Source: Phoronis australis
Taxonomy: Eukaryota; Animalia; Phoronida
NCBI GenBank assembly: GCA_002633005.1
Contig: NMRA01000889.1
Location: forward strand, 13,710-77,709
Length of the DNA stretch: 64,000 bases
Direction of reading: 5' to 3'
The translations under genes and the position numbers were made by a program. Below the pieces are notes generated by a model. The model was not told where the DNA came from, searched no databases, and worked only from the letters and a program-made list of their open reading frames with translations. Positions 24,401-38,400 of this stretch are shown piece after piece; positions within the stretch are counted from its first letter, which is position 1, and each line of letters starts with the position of its first letter.

Positions 24401-26278
24401 TAATTACCATAATGGCCATTTTTCAAAGACGTCTGGTTGTAGCTATGGTACAAACCTTGAACATCTGAAAGCCTTACTTGATTGCATACACATCTTTCAT
24501 AGAAATATCAAAAAATAAAGTTTAACTTTTCTCCTCGTATTGTGTCCTTTATTAACGAGATTTCACCGTAGTGCATTCACTTCGTAAGATCATTCACTAT
24601 GACAGCTGCCACCATGACATTGAATTGCTTTCTTATCAACAATCGTCATGATAAATGCGTCATTTTGCAAGTAATGACGATTTTCTGCAGGTGCTACTTA
24701 AAAGATTTCCTATGTCGTTTGACATGTCTCAATCACAGTAAAAATGTATTTTACCCAATGTGTCAAAACCTTAAGCAAGCAAGCCTAGTAAAATACTAGA
24801 GTTCAATCCATTCTACTGTTGTGTGACCAAGCCTGCAAGGAATTGCTTTGCGTAACAATTTTTGAAGACATACATAAAATGTTCGTCTCATTTGCCTGAT
24901 GGTAGAGCTTAAAATGAAGGCATACCTGTCACTGGCCATATTGCCATAACACCTGAATGCAGTATAGATCAACAAGTTATGAAATTCTATATCCAAATTA
25001 CTTAATGTAGGGACTCTTTCCCATCAAGTTAAATCCGATACTAGCAAAGCAGTGGCATAAATTACGAAATTAACTGAAGTTGAGCATTCGTTCTATAGCT
25101 GCAACGCTTAGCTATTAAATCCACCTGTTTTATGTGAAGTAAACTCGAGTTGTTACCTTTGATCCAAAACCAAATTTTTGACGTTTGTAGGGAAGGCCTT
25201 AAAGTGATTTTTTGGCCTTGAGAAATGAGATACTACATTGTTCTGTGCCTTTGATGGAAAGTGCCATCACTAGTAAGTGGTCGTGGTCATCTGGTGGTGT
25301 AATTCTACGATTGTTCTTGACTTCTTTGTGGTCACAGCCGAAAAAGATTAATTTCACACCTGCGCATGCATTCACATTGTTATGGATAGTCCATCAGTAG
25401 ATGCATTGAAACATTGAACACGAATCAAAGATCATGGCTATTAATGGACATTCTGTGAAGAAACTTGACTTTTGATTTACCGTATGTCTTTTAAGACTGT
25501 AAAATTAGTCCCAATTTGTTCCTTGAAAACAGAGAATAAGGGAGTTTTTGGTCTTGCAAAGGTGACAGTTCATTACTGCTCGAGACTGTGCTTGGCGAAT
25601 AATGTGAAACGCCTTGACTATACAACTTGTAAAGCCTGGTCTCAAGCAATAACAAATTGTCAGCTATTTCCTGGCCCTGAAATCACATCTGTTTCACCTA
25701 AGAAACAATTTGAGACCAATTTTGGAACACTGAAATAGTAGTGCATTCACAAGACGATTTTTGTGACTGAAGACAGGGTCAATTGCTCTAAGCTTCATGT
25801 TTTTTAATTTAAAAGTAATGTAAAAAATTAGCAATATTTTTGGATTGGGATGCATGATCAAAATTAGACCTGAATTTTTGCTTTCTTTGTTGATACTCTA
25901 GGTTTTGGGTTACAGCAAACGCCCTTCACTTAAACCCCCTGATATGGCGGGAAAGATCAATTTTATTTTGTCTAGTTTCTCAAATGAAAACGTTCAAAAT
26001 GTCCATGTTTAACTCATTCATTAACCACGATTTTTTCTTTACAACCATTTTATAAAACAAAACCTGCATACAATTGATAACATCTAGCATGTTGCGAACG
26101 TCGCCAGTTACAAACACAACAACCACTTAATTTTGGAGGATATTGTCAGATTCGTTTTTAGCATAAAAGTTCAGTTAGAAACAATCTTCAAACGAAAACA
26201 ATTCACGCATAATTAGTATTCTTATATTGCTGTAAACTTCATTGAAGACACGACTGTACTTATTGGTTGACAGCTTAA

Positions 26279-27437
26279 AGGTGAAGGCAACCTTTTTCAT
26301 GTCGTTTTGAGCTAAAATAAGGTTGGTTGGTTATCCTAGACATATTTTCCACTTAATTACAGCTTTTCGTAATTTTGTTAATTACTCGTCCGCTACTCCG
26401 GAAGTGACGTTTCAGGAGGCAAGCATTTCGCGCCAATTTCTTTTCATATAGTCTGACTGTGAGAGCTGCCAAGTCAGTCATTGTTCTACCTCGGTTGTTT
26501 AAAGTTACGTCGTCGTTTGCTTTCATTTACTAGTCAGTCAACATGCCACACTGTTGCTGCGTACCTGGAAGTACTCATTATCGTCTCACACGTGCTTTGG
26601 GAGTACCTTAGCATCGCTTTCCGATGGATGACACACTTCGCCGTACTTGGCTCGTTCGTGTGAAGAACGCAGCGTTACCCGTCCACTTAACGTACAAAGC
26701 AGTCGAGAATTTCCGTGTGTGTGGCAAGCACTTTCTGCCGTCCGATTATGAAAGGGATTTGTACGCTGAACTGATGAAGGTCCCTGCGAAACAACGCCTG
26801 AAGAAGGATGTTGATTCCCGACAGTGCCGATCGCCACCCCCGAGAAGTGCGTTTTTGAAGACAGAAGCCTCGCGAGCTGTGGCCAGTACAGTGACTGGAG
26901 CCAGTGGATGCACTTCATCGACTGTCACCGGTGCCTCCGAACGTACCCCAGAGCATGCCATTCCTGGAACCAGTAGTGATTCGCCCTGTGCTGTTTTCTC
27001 CAGCCCAGAGCCTCTAAGCAGCCCTGCAGCGATATTGAGTAGTGGGAGTGATTACAGGCCCAGTTCGACACCTAGTGAAGAGGACAGTTCGTCGTCCAGT
27101 GAACAGATCGGTGAGCCAAACTTTGATAAGTTTATTGTGGACTTGTCTAAAGTGTTGGAGCTATTTAGAAGGTGCCAGGTGTGTGGCGAGGGAGTCACAC
27201 GACACGATGTAAGCAGTTTTGGTGCTCAGGTCACCATCCAGTGGGAGTGTGTCGCGGGACACTCGGGCAAGTGGGACAGTTGTTCCTCTGTCCATGGTAT
27301 GCNAACGTCACTTCCGGAGTAGAGGACGAGTAATTAATAAAATTACGAAAAGCTGTAGTTAAGTGGAAAATATGTCTAGGATAACCAATCAACCTTATTT
27401 TAGCTCAAAATGACATGAAAAAAGGTTGCCTTCGCCT
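26279..27437 (+). mobile_element. Kolobok DNA transposon, second copy (opposite orientation)
   Basis: TTAA TSD (26275-26278, 27438-27441), AGGTGAAGGCAACC...GGTTGCCTTCGCCT termini and near-perfect ~133-bp TIR match; single N at 27303. Confidence 0.92.
26543..27302 (+). pseudogene. Kolobok THAP-domain transposase, N-terminal part with in-frame stop
   Basis: MPHCCCVPGS..VP*HRFPMDDTLRRTWLVRV..FRVCGKHF..RLKKD (THAP; TAG at 26609), then [40 protein letters not shown] (Kolobok-type Zn finger). No catalytic domain is present in the assembled sequence. Confidence 0.88.
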
Positions 27438-27456
27438 TTAATACTGACTCACTCGT

Positions 27457-27686
27457 AGTGTCTAAACAATCTCTTTTCTTCAGGCGTGCAGCTATGTAGC
27501 AAAACACCAAGAGACATAACAGACAAACAAATTAAAACAGTAGCTATATCTGCGTATATTGTGAGACCCCTGTCTCATGATCATGCTGTCTCGATATATA
27601 TAGGGTTTTAATTTGTTTGTCTGTTATGTCTCTCAGTGTTTTGCTACATAGCTGCAGGTCTGAAGAAAAGACATTGTTTAGACACT
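27457..27686. mobile_element. 230-bp fold-back MITE
   Basis: ~82-bp arms AGTGTCTAAACAAT..CAAACAAATTAAAAC / GTTTTAATTTGTTTG..ATTGTTTAGACACT with few mismatches. Confidence 0.8.
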
Positions 27687-29457
27687 TAATTTGTTGACTT
27701 AACATTTCTTGGAATGTTTTCGTAAATTTTCCTGTATGGAAGCCATTGCTGAACTAAGCTGGTTCCTTACAACAATTAATTGAAACCCACAGAGAAACCT
27801 GCAGTTTTAATTTTCATTATCACCCTAATCTGTTTTGAAGTACACTCTTGTAGCTCATAGGAAGTTGAGGATTATTTGCCTGCAGCTATGAAACAATAAA
27901 TCAGTCAGACTGAAATTGCAATGGGTCACGTGGTTGCTTTTGGAAGGGGTGGAATATCTATAAATTCGTTTAACGAAACTCATCTGGTGTTTAATGTTAG
28001 CAGGAAAATGATGAAACAGGCATTTGTTTTTCTTATTTTGACACAGTTTAGGAACAAAGACGTTAACAAGACAAATCTTTGAGGAATTGTGTAAGTGAGA
28101 ATTATTTGAAGCCTGAAAGTGCAATAAAATCTCACCAGTTTTGGACAAAAATTTCCTGCTTACATTTTTAAAAAACTTCTACCAACTTTTCAAAACATTC
28201 ACTGATGGTAGCTGTGTTATAGAAATTAGAAGTGGTGAAGCATTTATTTGATGAACCGTCAGCTTTAAATAAAAGAAGAAATGAAATTTCACTTGTCCTC
28301 CGATTTGCTGTGTCTTAGACTGGTACCGTAGTGTATGTGTTTCATAGCACCAAAGACATGCTAAACGCTTGTAATGCTTAGATTATAGAACTTTTGTTGG
28401 GTGCTGTCTGGAATGTAATGTGTATATGCCATTGTAGGCTTTTACTATAGAATGTAAAAATATTTCTGGAGGTAAAGAGACTCGAACTATTGATTTAGAC
28501 CACTTGTTGTTTTAATACTCTACTCGTTCTTAACATATACGAGATCTGGGTTTCTGGGCTTGGAAAAAAGTGAGAGTTTGTTGTTGCTTGATACTATGCA
28601 ACAAGCATAGTATATCCTGTGTTAACAAGCCAACTTGAAGAGCATTGTTTTCAAGCAATAATGAACTCTTTCAAGGCTATAAACGACCTTTAGCTTGACC
28701 AAGAGCAACTTGAGACCACTTTGTCTTTGGCAGGGGCCCTAGAGCAAAAGTTAGTTTTTGTGACTAAAGCCAGTGCATAGCTGCTTTAACTCAATCACTT
28801 ATTCTAGTTGTCAATTACAATAATAGGGCTGCTTGTGAACTAAATGCGTCTGACAGCTTCTCTGCTCTAGTTAGGCTAAGTAATTGCTGTTTGTCAGACT
28901 TGGTAATACAGGATGAGGAGATAAAATAGTGATCTGATGATTCTTGAAAGGGTAGTCCTAATGTCATTCAGTTACACCGGTAAACCAATCACATTAGACG
29001 TCTTAAAATATTGGTGCATTAATAAAGTGCAGTGTGCATTGTCAGCTGCGTGGTTATTATAACTGTTTTGACTTGGGTGTTTGGAACTGGGTTGAAGTCA
29101 TATTGGACAATTGTGTTAGCGACAGATTTATGCAGGATTCCAAAACTAGGAATCTTAATTTTCTAAAAAAAAATCTTACCGAACAAGTGTCTTGGTTTTG
29201 GGAGTCGTATTTGTATCATACATGGACTTTGATTGTTGAGCATATATGTTTTCTCTCAGTCTAATGTTTTGCACAGCATTCTTATGGTCAATACCCTTAC
29301 AATGTCTGTCTAAATTTGAGATTCTGAAGTTGGTACATACAATGGTAAAACTCTTTGCGCGACTTGAATTCTTGCAGAAGCTACACAACATACGAGTCAA
29401 TGTATCGTCCACCATCTTGAATATGTAATTAGGTAGAGTGAACAATGAATTCACATA

Positions 29458-30690
29458 CCGTATTCGCCGTAATAACCGCCCATGCCCCTATAAGCGCCCC
29501 CCAAACGTTTTCAGACTTTGCTGAAATAAGCGCCCAGTCCATGAACGTGTACGTGCGAACAATGACGTACCTACAGTCCTAAAACTCGGCTACAGTAACG
29601 TCTTCAATTTATCAAAAAATTTTTGCACGGGTCTTCTAGACCACCAGCTGCACTGCTACGTTTGTATTTAGCCGTGACTATACACTTCAAAGTAACGCAG
29701 CGCTTCAAAAAGAACGCAACAGCGTTGCTACTCTCGCGACGACCGTCCCCTACTAAGGTCTGACCTTTCAATACAGACACATCGACTGTCTCACGAATAA
29801 AAATAACTTGGTGTTAAACGCACGTGGCCGGGAAGCGCGCGCTACATATATGAACCTGTCATCAAAGACATTACTTGGGAACTATCCATTCATGAAACGG
29901 GTAGCATAGCATCGGTAAGAAATCAATATTGGCACTAATTTCCGACAATTTCTAATACTATAAAACATGTTTGCGTTATTTATGAGATATATTGTTTGAT
30001 TAACTATAAGTGGTGTTCTTAAGCCAAATATCCGATAAAATGACAACTGACAGTGAATGCTTACACACCCTTACACCGAAAAATAACTGTCAGATAGTTA
30101 TACGTACGTACCCATCCAGCTACACGGCGAATAATATGGGCCTTACCGAGACAAATGTCGAACGTTTTTAGCACATGAGACCGGCAAGTGCTGAATGAAA
30201 CACGCTCTGGTTTAGGTCTACTGCTTGTGCAAATTTCTTTAGACACAATCAATGCACATCTAGCTCGTTAGATTGCGTGGCTCTGGCCAAAAGACGGTCT
30301 CTGCTTTGTCAAATGAACTCTGGTGACACGCACGCGCTTGCTTACTCACACATGCAGACGAACTTCAAAACAAACGTCACGTGACAACAACATGTGGGTT
30401 CGTCCAGACATTTTTCTCGCCGTGTTGCCGATCATACATGTAGATGGCACGATGTTGCACAGATTTGTACTTAAACCTGCCGTTAATCCAGACCCCACGG
30501 GAACTCAAAAAAAATCTTAGAGACGTCTTTCATAGATTACAGATACGTCACAGAGCGTACATTTAATGAATCTTAGCTTCCGATTTCACGCGTTTCGGAG
30601 ACCGGATTTCAACCGCCTTGGGTTATAATAAGCTCCCCCTCTGAACCGAACTTTTCTAAGCGCCCTGGGCAGTTATTACGGCGAATACGG
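29458..30690 (+). mobile_element. Non-autonomous Tc1/mariner-superfamily element (Tc2/pogo-like CCGTA ends)
   Basis: TA TSD; 25-bp TIR CCGTATTCGCCGTAATAACCGCCCA / TGGGCAGTTATTACGGCGAATACGG; inverted second copy at 40640-41769. Confidence 0.9.
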
Positions 30691-33600
30691 TACCATCTAA
30701 AATAAGGTCTGTCCATTCAAAGGACATGCAAGACAGTCACTGCGTAATCCCCTGATTAGCGACACTTTCTGTTAATTCCTGATTATACATATACATACTA
30801 ATGGACGTCATCTTCTGAGCGATTTTAAAAATCACACAGCTGGTGATATAATAAATGAAGATTTTTGTTACTCATTAATTTATTGAATAGTGTTAGCATG
30901 CAAATGCTGCTAAATATGCATAGACAGGTCTCCAACTATTCTATCCTTTTGAAAACTGTGAAAAGCCTAATCTCCAAATACCGCCCTCGGCGGTTAAATT
31001 GGCAAACCCAAAAATTCGGGGTGAGCGGTTAACCAGACATGGGCGCTTAAACGTGAAATTTTCAAAAAATCGTGGGTGGGCGGTAAACCGAACATGGATG
31101 GTTATTACGACAGGGCGGTTAATCTTACCTCATGATCCAAGTCCCCAGACAAAGTCGGAACGCGAAGCACTTTTCAAAGAGCTTTATCACCACATCGTCA
31201 AACGACAGTAAAAATGTCATAACAGTGGATGATCCCAACAAAGGTTCTTGCCATCAGATTAGTCATTTACAGTTAAATTCACACAATTGCTGAGTAATAG
31301 CCCGTGCCGTCCTGCGGTCTTCTTAGAGCTGTACCTGTAGGGCGCAGATGACCAGTGACCATATGCAACGCTCCACTTGGATTGCAACTATTCTCACGTG
31401 GTGACAGTGAAAAGTGCGCGCGTGCAAGCTTCACGTGTTGTAGAAGTCACAGCAGAGTCCTAAGTATTAGCTGTCAAGTTCTGAGTTAGAGAGCAGTTTT
31501 AAAATTATTTGTAATTAAAGTTTGAAAAACTAATTAATTGGGATGTTTATGTTCGAGACTCTGTGATTCATTGACATTTTCAACGTAAGGTTCTACGGCT
31601 GTTTTATTTCGACCGCCCGGCGAAGGTAGGTGGACATGAGCCAGTCACCAGTCAAAAGTTACTGCAAAGGCATTACTCAAAAACAACTACTTCAGATTTT
31701 GTTTGTAAAAAATACTAACACTACTATGAATGGGATAAGTCTAATGAACCCGTACAGTAGAGTCTGAGGAAGAATTAGTTCATACACATACCTGCATTGG
31801 GAGAGATAATTAGAGGACGAAGCCCCCATTATTGGGGTAACCGGCACCCGTGGTTTGTTGTACGACTATATTAGTGACGAGCTCCAACGAGCAATGTGTT
31901 CTTATCGAGTCGGTGTTGTTGCATCACTCAGCTAGGCATAATAAACTGCAGGTTGCATAAGCGACCTGAAATTTGGAAATGAGAGCCGAGATTTTGGTCA
32001 TCTTGTATTTAGTCGTATAATGCGACCTAACAGCGATGTTTGTATTCATTGCTAAATGATCAACTTACCAAATTTTGTGGTGGAAAAATACATTTTTTAT
32101 TTACATGCAAGATTTCCAGATTGTCCTATTATATCACCTAAAATATCGAATTACGGCACTGTTTGGTCCCGCTGTTTGCGCGCAATGTCCATGCAAACAA
32201 TCGCGACCTGGAAATGCCGTCAAGTAATACAACGGCCTGTTTCAATATGTGTCTTGTTTTTTACGACAAGGCAGCGACAAACAAACTCTCAAGACTTTAT
32301 TTCCGGGGTTGAGCACGTGCGTATGAGTCACCTGTCACTCAAATATGCAGTCAAGGTAACTTGCACTCCAGTGTGGGAACTCGCGCGTGCGCACCACACC
32401 TAAGTCGCACATCAAAAGAGAATTGCGACAGTACAAAGTATAAGAGTATACCGGCTTGACTGTAGGTTTAAGATCACCGGGTGTTTATCTGACACTGACA
32501 ATGACACGTAGATATTTCAGAGTTGAATGGGCAGGATTTTGTTGCCTTTGAAACTGGCCGATGTACAAACAAAATTGTTCGGGAGGACTAAAAAGGATTA
32601 GGTGGAAACAATATTCACACAGTCACGCCCAGGTGGGGGTTGTCGTAAGAAACTGTATTGCAAAGAACCGCCATCGACGTTGGTGAAATCTGCCAACGTC
32701 AGTTAGACTGAGATGCATCAAAATGGGGAGAATTTGACATCTTTGCGTAAGTTATGGGAATTCTTCAATATCCAAGAGCTTCCCACCTAAAGCGAATTAG
32801 GATTGTTAATTGGCAAAACCAGTGTCACATTTCTCTAGCCTTATTTTTTAATATAGGCACTGCAGACGGAAACTTAGCGCAGCAGACGGCATCGTTGAAA
32901 TCGTAGGTATTCAAGCCGTTGGTGTTCTTAAACTTTTGCGAACATAAATGAGAAGAAAATAAAGTTTCAAAATGTTCAAGTATTATATTTTGAAGTAAAT
33001 CCATGACCCGGGACAAGAATTTGTTACTTATATTTTAATTCACATTTACGGTAATTTGTTCTTGTTTGCAATACACTTCAAAGCTCTCTAATATGGCAAG
33101 TTTGTGCAAGTTAACGTTTCAAATTCCACACTTAGTCACATTGCGCACCAACTGAAGTTGAGCAATTCCATCTGTTAACTAGGTTGGATGGATTCTGTGA
33201 ATTAATCACTATTTGGTCGGTTTCACAAATGGGATCTTGCTTTGCCATTACATGAAAGGAGTGGTAACTATGGTACAACTTGTACTAACCAGCAAATAAT
33301 ACAGTCTTCATCTTGCTGTAACCTAACTTCGGTACTTACGATTTCCAAGTGTATTGTGTATTCTGTTTAGAATTTTGTTATGAAGCAGTCACGCAATGAT
33401 AAGATTTATTTTTATCCCATGTGCGTTGAATCAGTCGAGTGCAATACGGCCATGTGATATTGTTTTCCGTATTCCCATCCCGGACTACTTCAACAGTGCC
33501 CTTTGACATGGAAAGTTCAAAAGGTAGGTCAATGTCGACTTGACGTTGTTAGCCAGTTGGATCATCAAACTTTCCCAAAATAATTTAAAGTAATACAGTT

Positions 33601-35469
33601 GCAGCAGTATAAATAACACTCAGCATGCAATCAGGACCCAAACCTAACATCTGGAACAAAACTGTTAATTACATGACACTTCTGTCTCAGTTTTCAATTG
33701 CTTAATATTAGATCGTCTGCAACTCAGACATGGATTCCTTAGTAACTACAATATCAAATATTATTCTTTTTTAACTGTTTTCTGGAAATGTTACAAGTTC
33801 AATGCACATTTAACCTTGTTTTCATATTTTGTTATCTCTTTTCAAGTAATAAATCATTACATTTAAAACTGTTTCTTTTTCTAAGGAAAACTTGGAATCT
33901 AACGCCCAAGTACATACATGTAGGATGTGATCCACCATGTGAACAGTCTTGGAGAAGTATTTAAAAAATCTGCTGGAAAACTTGCGGATTCAAATCCTTT
34001 GGGATAAATACGAAACGTACCTCAATTGGCATAGATGAAGTAATGTCTCGTGGGACATTACTTCATCTACTCCACTCTCGGTACGTATGTATTTGTAATG
34101 CTCGCCAACCCTGGATAATTTTTATTTTTTGTTACACACTTGAGTTGGTTGTGTTTGAGAAATAAGCAATCTTTGTTTCTTGTTATTAGATTTCCTGTTA
34201 TTTTCTTCTAAAACAAACATCCTATTTGGTATTCATGAACCCTGTTCCTTTGGTGACTGGCTCAACGTGTCATCTAGATTGACAAATGCATTATCGTATA
34301 ATTCTTATACTTTATTCATGTTAAATTGACATTGAGTGTTTTACGTTGGAATAATGATTTTTTCTTATGCTAATAAAATCTACTTGGCTATTCCAATGAA
34401 TTGTAATAACCTACCTGGATTATAGTAAAAATGAAGTGTCATTTCGATAACGAATCTGAAATAGCAAGCATGCAAAATTCTAAATCTAATTTTTATAATC
34501 CCAGGAGCTTCGCATGTCTAAAAAATAAAAGGTTTCTTGTGTCTTTGTGAATGATCTAGAGAACGAGCTCAAGCTTTTTGTTTTTTAAACTTATTTTAAG
34601 TGTTTTCGGATTTAAGCTGAAAAGTTTTCATCCTTGAATCTTATGCCTCCTTGGTGTGGTGCATAATGAGGTGATCTACGCTTGAAGTTGAAACCCGCGA
34701 TGACCTAAGTACTGCATTTTCACATTTACCCCTATCATTCACGGAGGCCTCCAATCAATCTATTACCATATCCTTAGTGTTTAGCCCAGCACCATTTTTG
34801 AGAAAATCATTGCATGCCTACTATCCCTTTCTTTAAAGCATCCGAAAACAGTTTTATTTCAGTTGACAAATGAATGCAGTTGAACTTGCTGTAAAAATCA
34901 TATCCTGCCTACTACACCCAAGTTTTTTAAGGCTTGATTTTTGCAGTGCCTGCCTATGAATAATAAATATTGTCGAGGCACCGATACTAGTTTGAGAGTT
35001 TTTAAAGGTGACAAGGGTAAGACTTGAAAACTGATTCTTGTAAACAACCTGAGGGTAACTGTGGTTAGGAGTGAACTTGGTTAATTAACTTTGTAGTATG
35101 CTGTGAACAATTGATGTATAACTAAAAGTTTCGGTCCTAAAAATATTGCAAGGCAGTAAGTCTCTAAGGTTTGCGCCTTTCTGGCAGGGCTCAGTTTGTC
35201 TGTTGGTACCGTGCTGTCCAGATGTGAGTTGAAGAAACTGAACTTATTGCATTAATCTGAGTTGGGAATGGGTTGGGATTTCAATTAGAAAAGTTGATGA
35301 CTCAGGTCATTCTGTCTTCTGCTCTAATAGAATATTGTAGCAAGATCTCTCTTTTCTGTTATTTGGGGCATTGGCTGAGGATGTAGGTTTACTTGAAATT
35401 TGGGATGAAAGTTAATTCTTTATTCTTTGCTTGATGGCACTTTTGTCTGAGTTATTTAAGCATGGGTTG

Positions 35470-38400
35470 TTACTTGGCGAAACATTTCGCCAAGTATGTT
35501 GCTCTTCCAATAAGTTTGTTTTTTGTTTGTTCGCACGATACAGGTCGCAATTTTCGTCCGATCATCACGAAATTTACGCATAACACGTACTTCTGGAAGT
35601 ACTGGAAGCCTATTGTTTTTCGTCAAAATCGGATCCAAGATGGCAGCTGTAGCGGCCATTTTGTTTTCATTTAAAGGTTCAAATGCTTCTGGAGGCTACA
35701 ATTTTTTACGTAAAAAGCTAAGAATCGGCACAGTAAATGGACCGGAAGTTTTCTACGAGTATACTGGAAATTGTTTACTTCCGGTTAAAGATAACGGAAA
35801 TATCGGCGATCCCGCATGCGCACCTCGATTTTGGCCTAAAGATGTTTTCTCCTGTAGAGGGCGCATTATAAGACCAATTCCTTCGAATTTTTACAGGTAT
35901 TAGTTTCTTATGGCATGCTATTATATAAAGCCAAAAAGCGGAAGTTGCTTTCAAGATGGCGAATCTGGCGCATGTTGACCCATTTTCAGTCGTGCTGGAG
36001 TGCGATTTTAAACGGGAAGAGAAAAAGACGTGATTTTTTGCATGTGGATTCTTTGAAGTATATTCCTTCAAAGGGCCTGTAACAATTTTTTTCTCAGACT
36101 TACCGTTTTCGAGTTATTTGAATTTGAATTTCTTAAAAAAAACGCAAAATTTCATTTTTTTTCTAAAAATTTACGGAATTAGGCGATACCATCAGTTTAG
36201 ATAGAATTTTGAACGGGCTTTCAGATGTTTTCCATTTTTCGCTAGGACGTCTACTTTTCGAGTGAGTTATTTGAGATTTTCTGATAACGCTGTTCCTTTG
36301 TTGAGCGCTCTTGCTGCATTGATGTTGGTTTATCTTCTATTGAACTAGTCTGTAGCCTATTTCTTATTGATTTATGACATCTAAGTTCGTCATATGAATG
36401 TTGTGATGTTGTTCATCATCGCCACCACCATCATCATATTCATCATCTTCGTCATCATCTCCGTCGTTGTCTTTTCCGTTAATTTTGCCAAGTGTCGCTC
36501 AAGACTGTAGCCTTTTTCTTACTGATTTCGGACTTCTTTGTTTGTCATGTGTATGTTATTATTACTTCTTTTGTTCATCCTCGCCACCATCGTCGTCATA
36601 TTCGTCATCTTCGTCATCATCTTTATCGTCATCTTTTTGTTTAATTTCGCCAAGTTTCACTGCTCGGACCGCTTTCATGTTGTTTGTTACCCCAACAGCA
36701 TTAAAAATTGTTTGTTCGCATGATACAGGTCGCAATTTTCGTCCGATCACAAAATTTACACATAACACGTAGTTCCGGAAGTACTGGAAGCGTATTGTTT
36801 TTCGTCATAATCGGTTCCAAGATGGGGGCTGTGGTGGCCATTTTGTTTTCATTTTAAGACTCAAAGGCTTATAGAGGCTACAATTTTTTAAATACAGAGC
36901 TGAAAATTGGCACAATTAATGGAATGGAAGTGTGCTAAAAGTATACAGTAAATTGTTTACTTCCGGTTAAAGATGGCGGAAATATCGGCGATCGCGCACC
37001 TCGATTTTGGCCTAAAAACATTTTCTCCTGTAGAGGGCGCATTATAAGACCAATTCTTTCGAATTTTTACAGGTATTAGTTTCTTATGACATGCTATTAT
37101 ACAAAGCCAAAAAACCGGAAGTTGCTTTCAAGATGGCGGATCTGGTGCATGTTGACCCATTTTCAGTCGTGCTGGAGTGCGATTTTAAACGGGAAGAGAA
37201 AAAGACGGTATTTTTTGCATGTGGATTCTTTGAAGTATATTCTTTCAAATGGCCTGTAACAATTTTTTTCTCAGACTTACCGTTTTCGAGTTATTTGACT
37301 TTGAATTTCTTAAAAAGAAATGCAAAATTTCGTTTTTTTCAAAAAATTTACGGAATTAGGCGATACCATCAGTTTAAATAGAATTTTGAACGGGCTTTCA
37401 GAAGATGTTTTCCATTTTTCGCTAGGACGTCTACTTTTCGAGTGAGTTATTTGAGATTTTCTGATAACGCTGTTCCTTTGTTGAGCGCTCTTGCTGCATT
37501 GATGTTGGTTTATCTTCTATTGAACTAGACTGTAGCCTATTTCTTATTGATTTATGACATCTAAGTTCGTCATATGAATGTTGTGATGTTGTTCATCATC
37601 GCTACCACCATCATCGTATTCGTCATCATCGTCATCATCTTCGTCATCATCTCCGTCGTTGTCTTTTCCGTTAATTTTGCCAAGTGTCGCTCAAGAGTGC
37701 AGCCTTTTTCTTATTGATTTCGGACTTCTACGTTCATCATGTGTATGTTATTATTTCTTCTTTTGTTCATCCTCGCCATCATCGTCGTCATATTCGTCAT
37801 CTTCGTCATCATCTTTATCGTCATCTTTTTGGTTAATTTCGCCAAGTTTTGCTCCCCGGAGCGCTTTCATTTTTTTTGTTCGCACTCTACAGTACGCAAT
37901 TTTCGTCCGATTCTCATGAAATTTGCACATGACGTGTAGATCAGAAAGTCCTGGAAGCCTATTGTTTTTGGTCATGATCGGATTCAAAATGGCGGACGTG
38001 GTGGCCATTTTGTTTCCGATTTCACACTCAAATGCTCATAGAGGCCACATTTTTGACGTACAAAGCTGAAACTTAGTATGATTATTACTGAACACATGTG
38101 CTACAAGTGTGCCAAAAAACGTTGACTTCCGGTTAAAGATGGCGTAAATATTGACAATGGCGCATGTGTACCTTGATAACTGGCCGAAATTTTTTTTTCC
38201 CGTAGAGGGCGCATTGGCAAACCTATCACTTTCAAACTGGTCACGTGTTTGTTGCTATTGATCAGCTTTTATAAAATTTTGTTTAACCGGAAGTCACTTT
38301 CAAGATGGCGACTCTGGAGCATTTTCACCCGTTTTCAATCATTCTGGTGTCGCATTTTTAACGGGAAGAGCAAATGACGTGAATTTTTGCATGTGGATTC

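Noticed and set aside
26624-27322. Domesticated host THAP transcription factor or P element
   Set aside because: In-frame stop within the THAP domain, multi-copy, and a TTAA TSD rather than the 8-bp TSD of P elements
36467-38008. Acidic DDDKDDDED and Ser-rich or hydrophobic ORFs
   Set aside because: Derived from (CAT/CGT)n tracts within tandem HINE-B units
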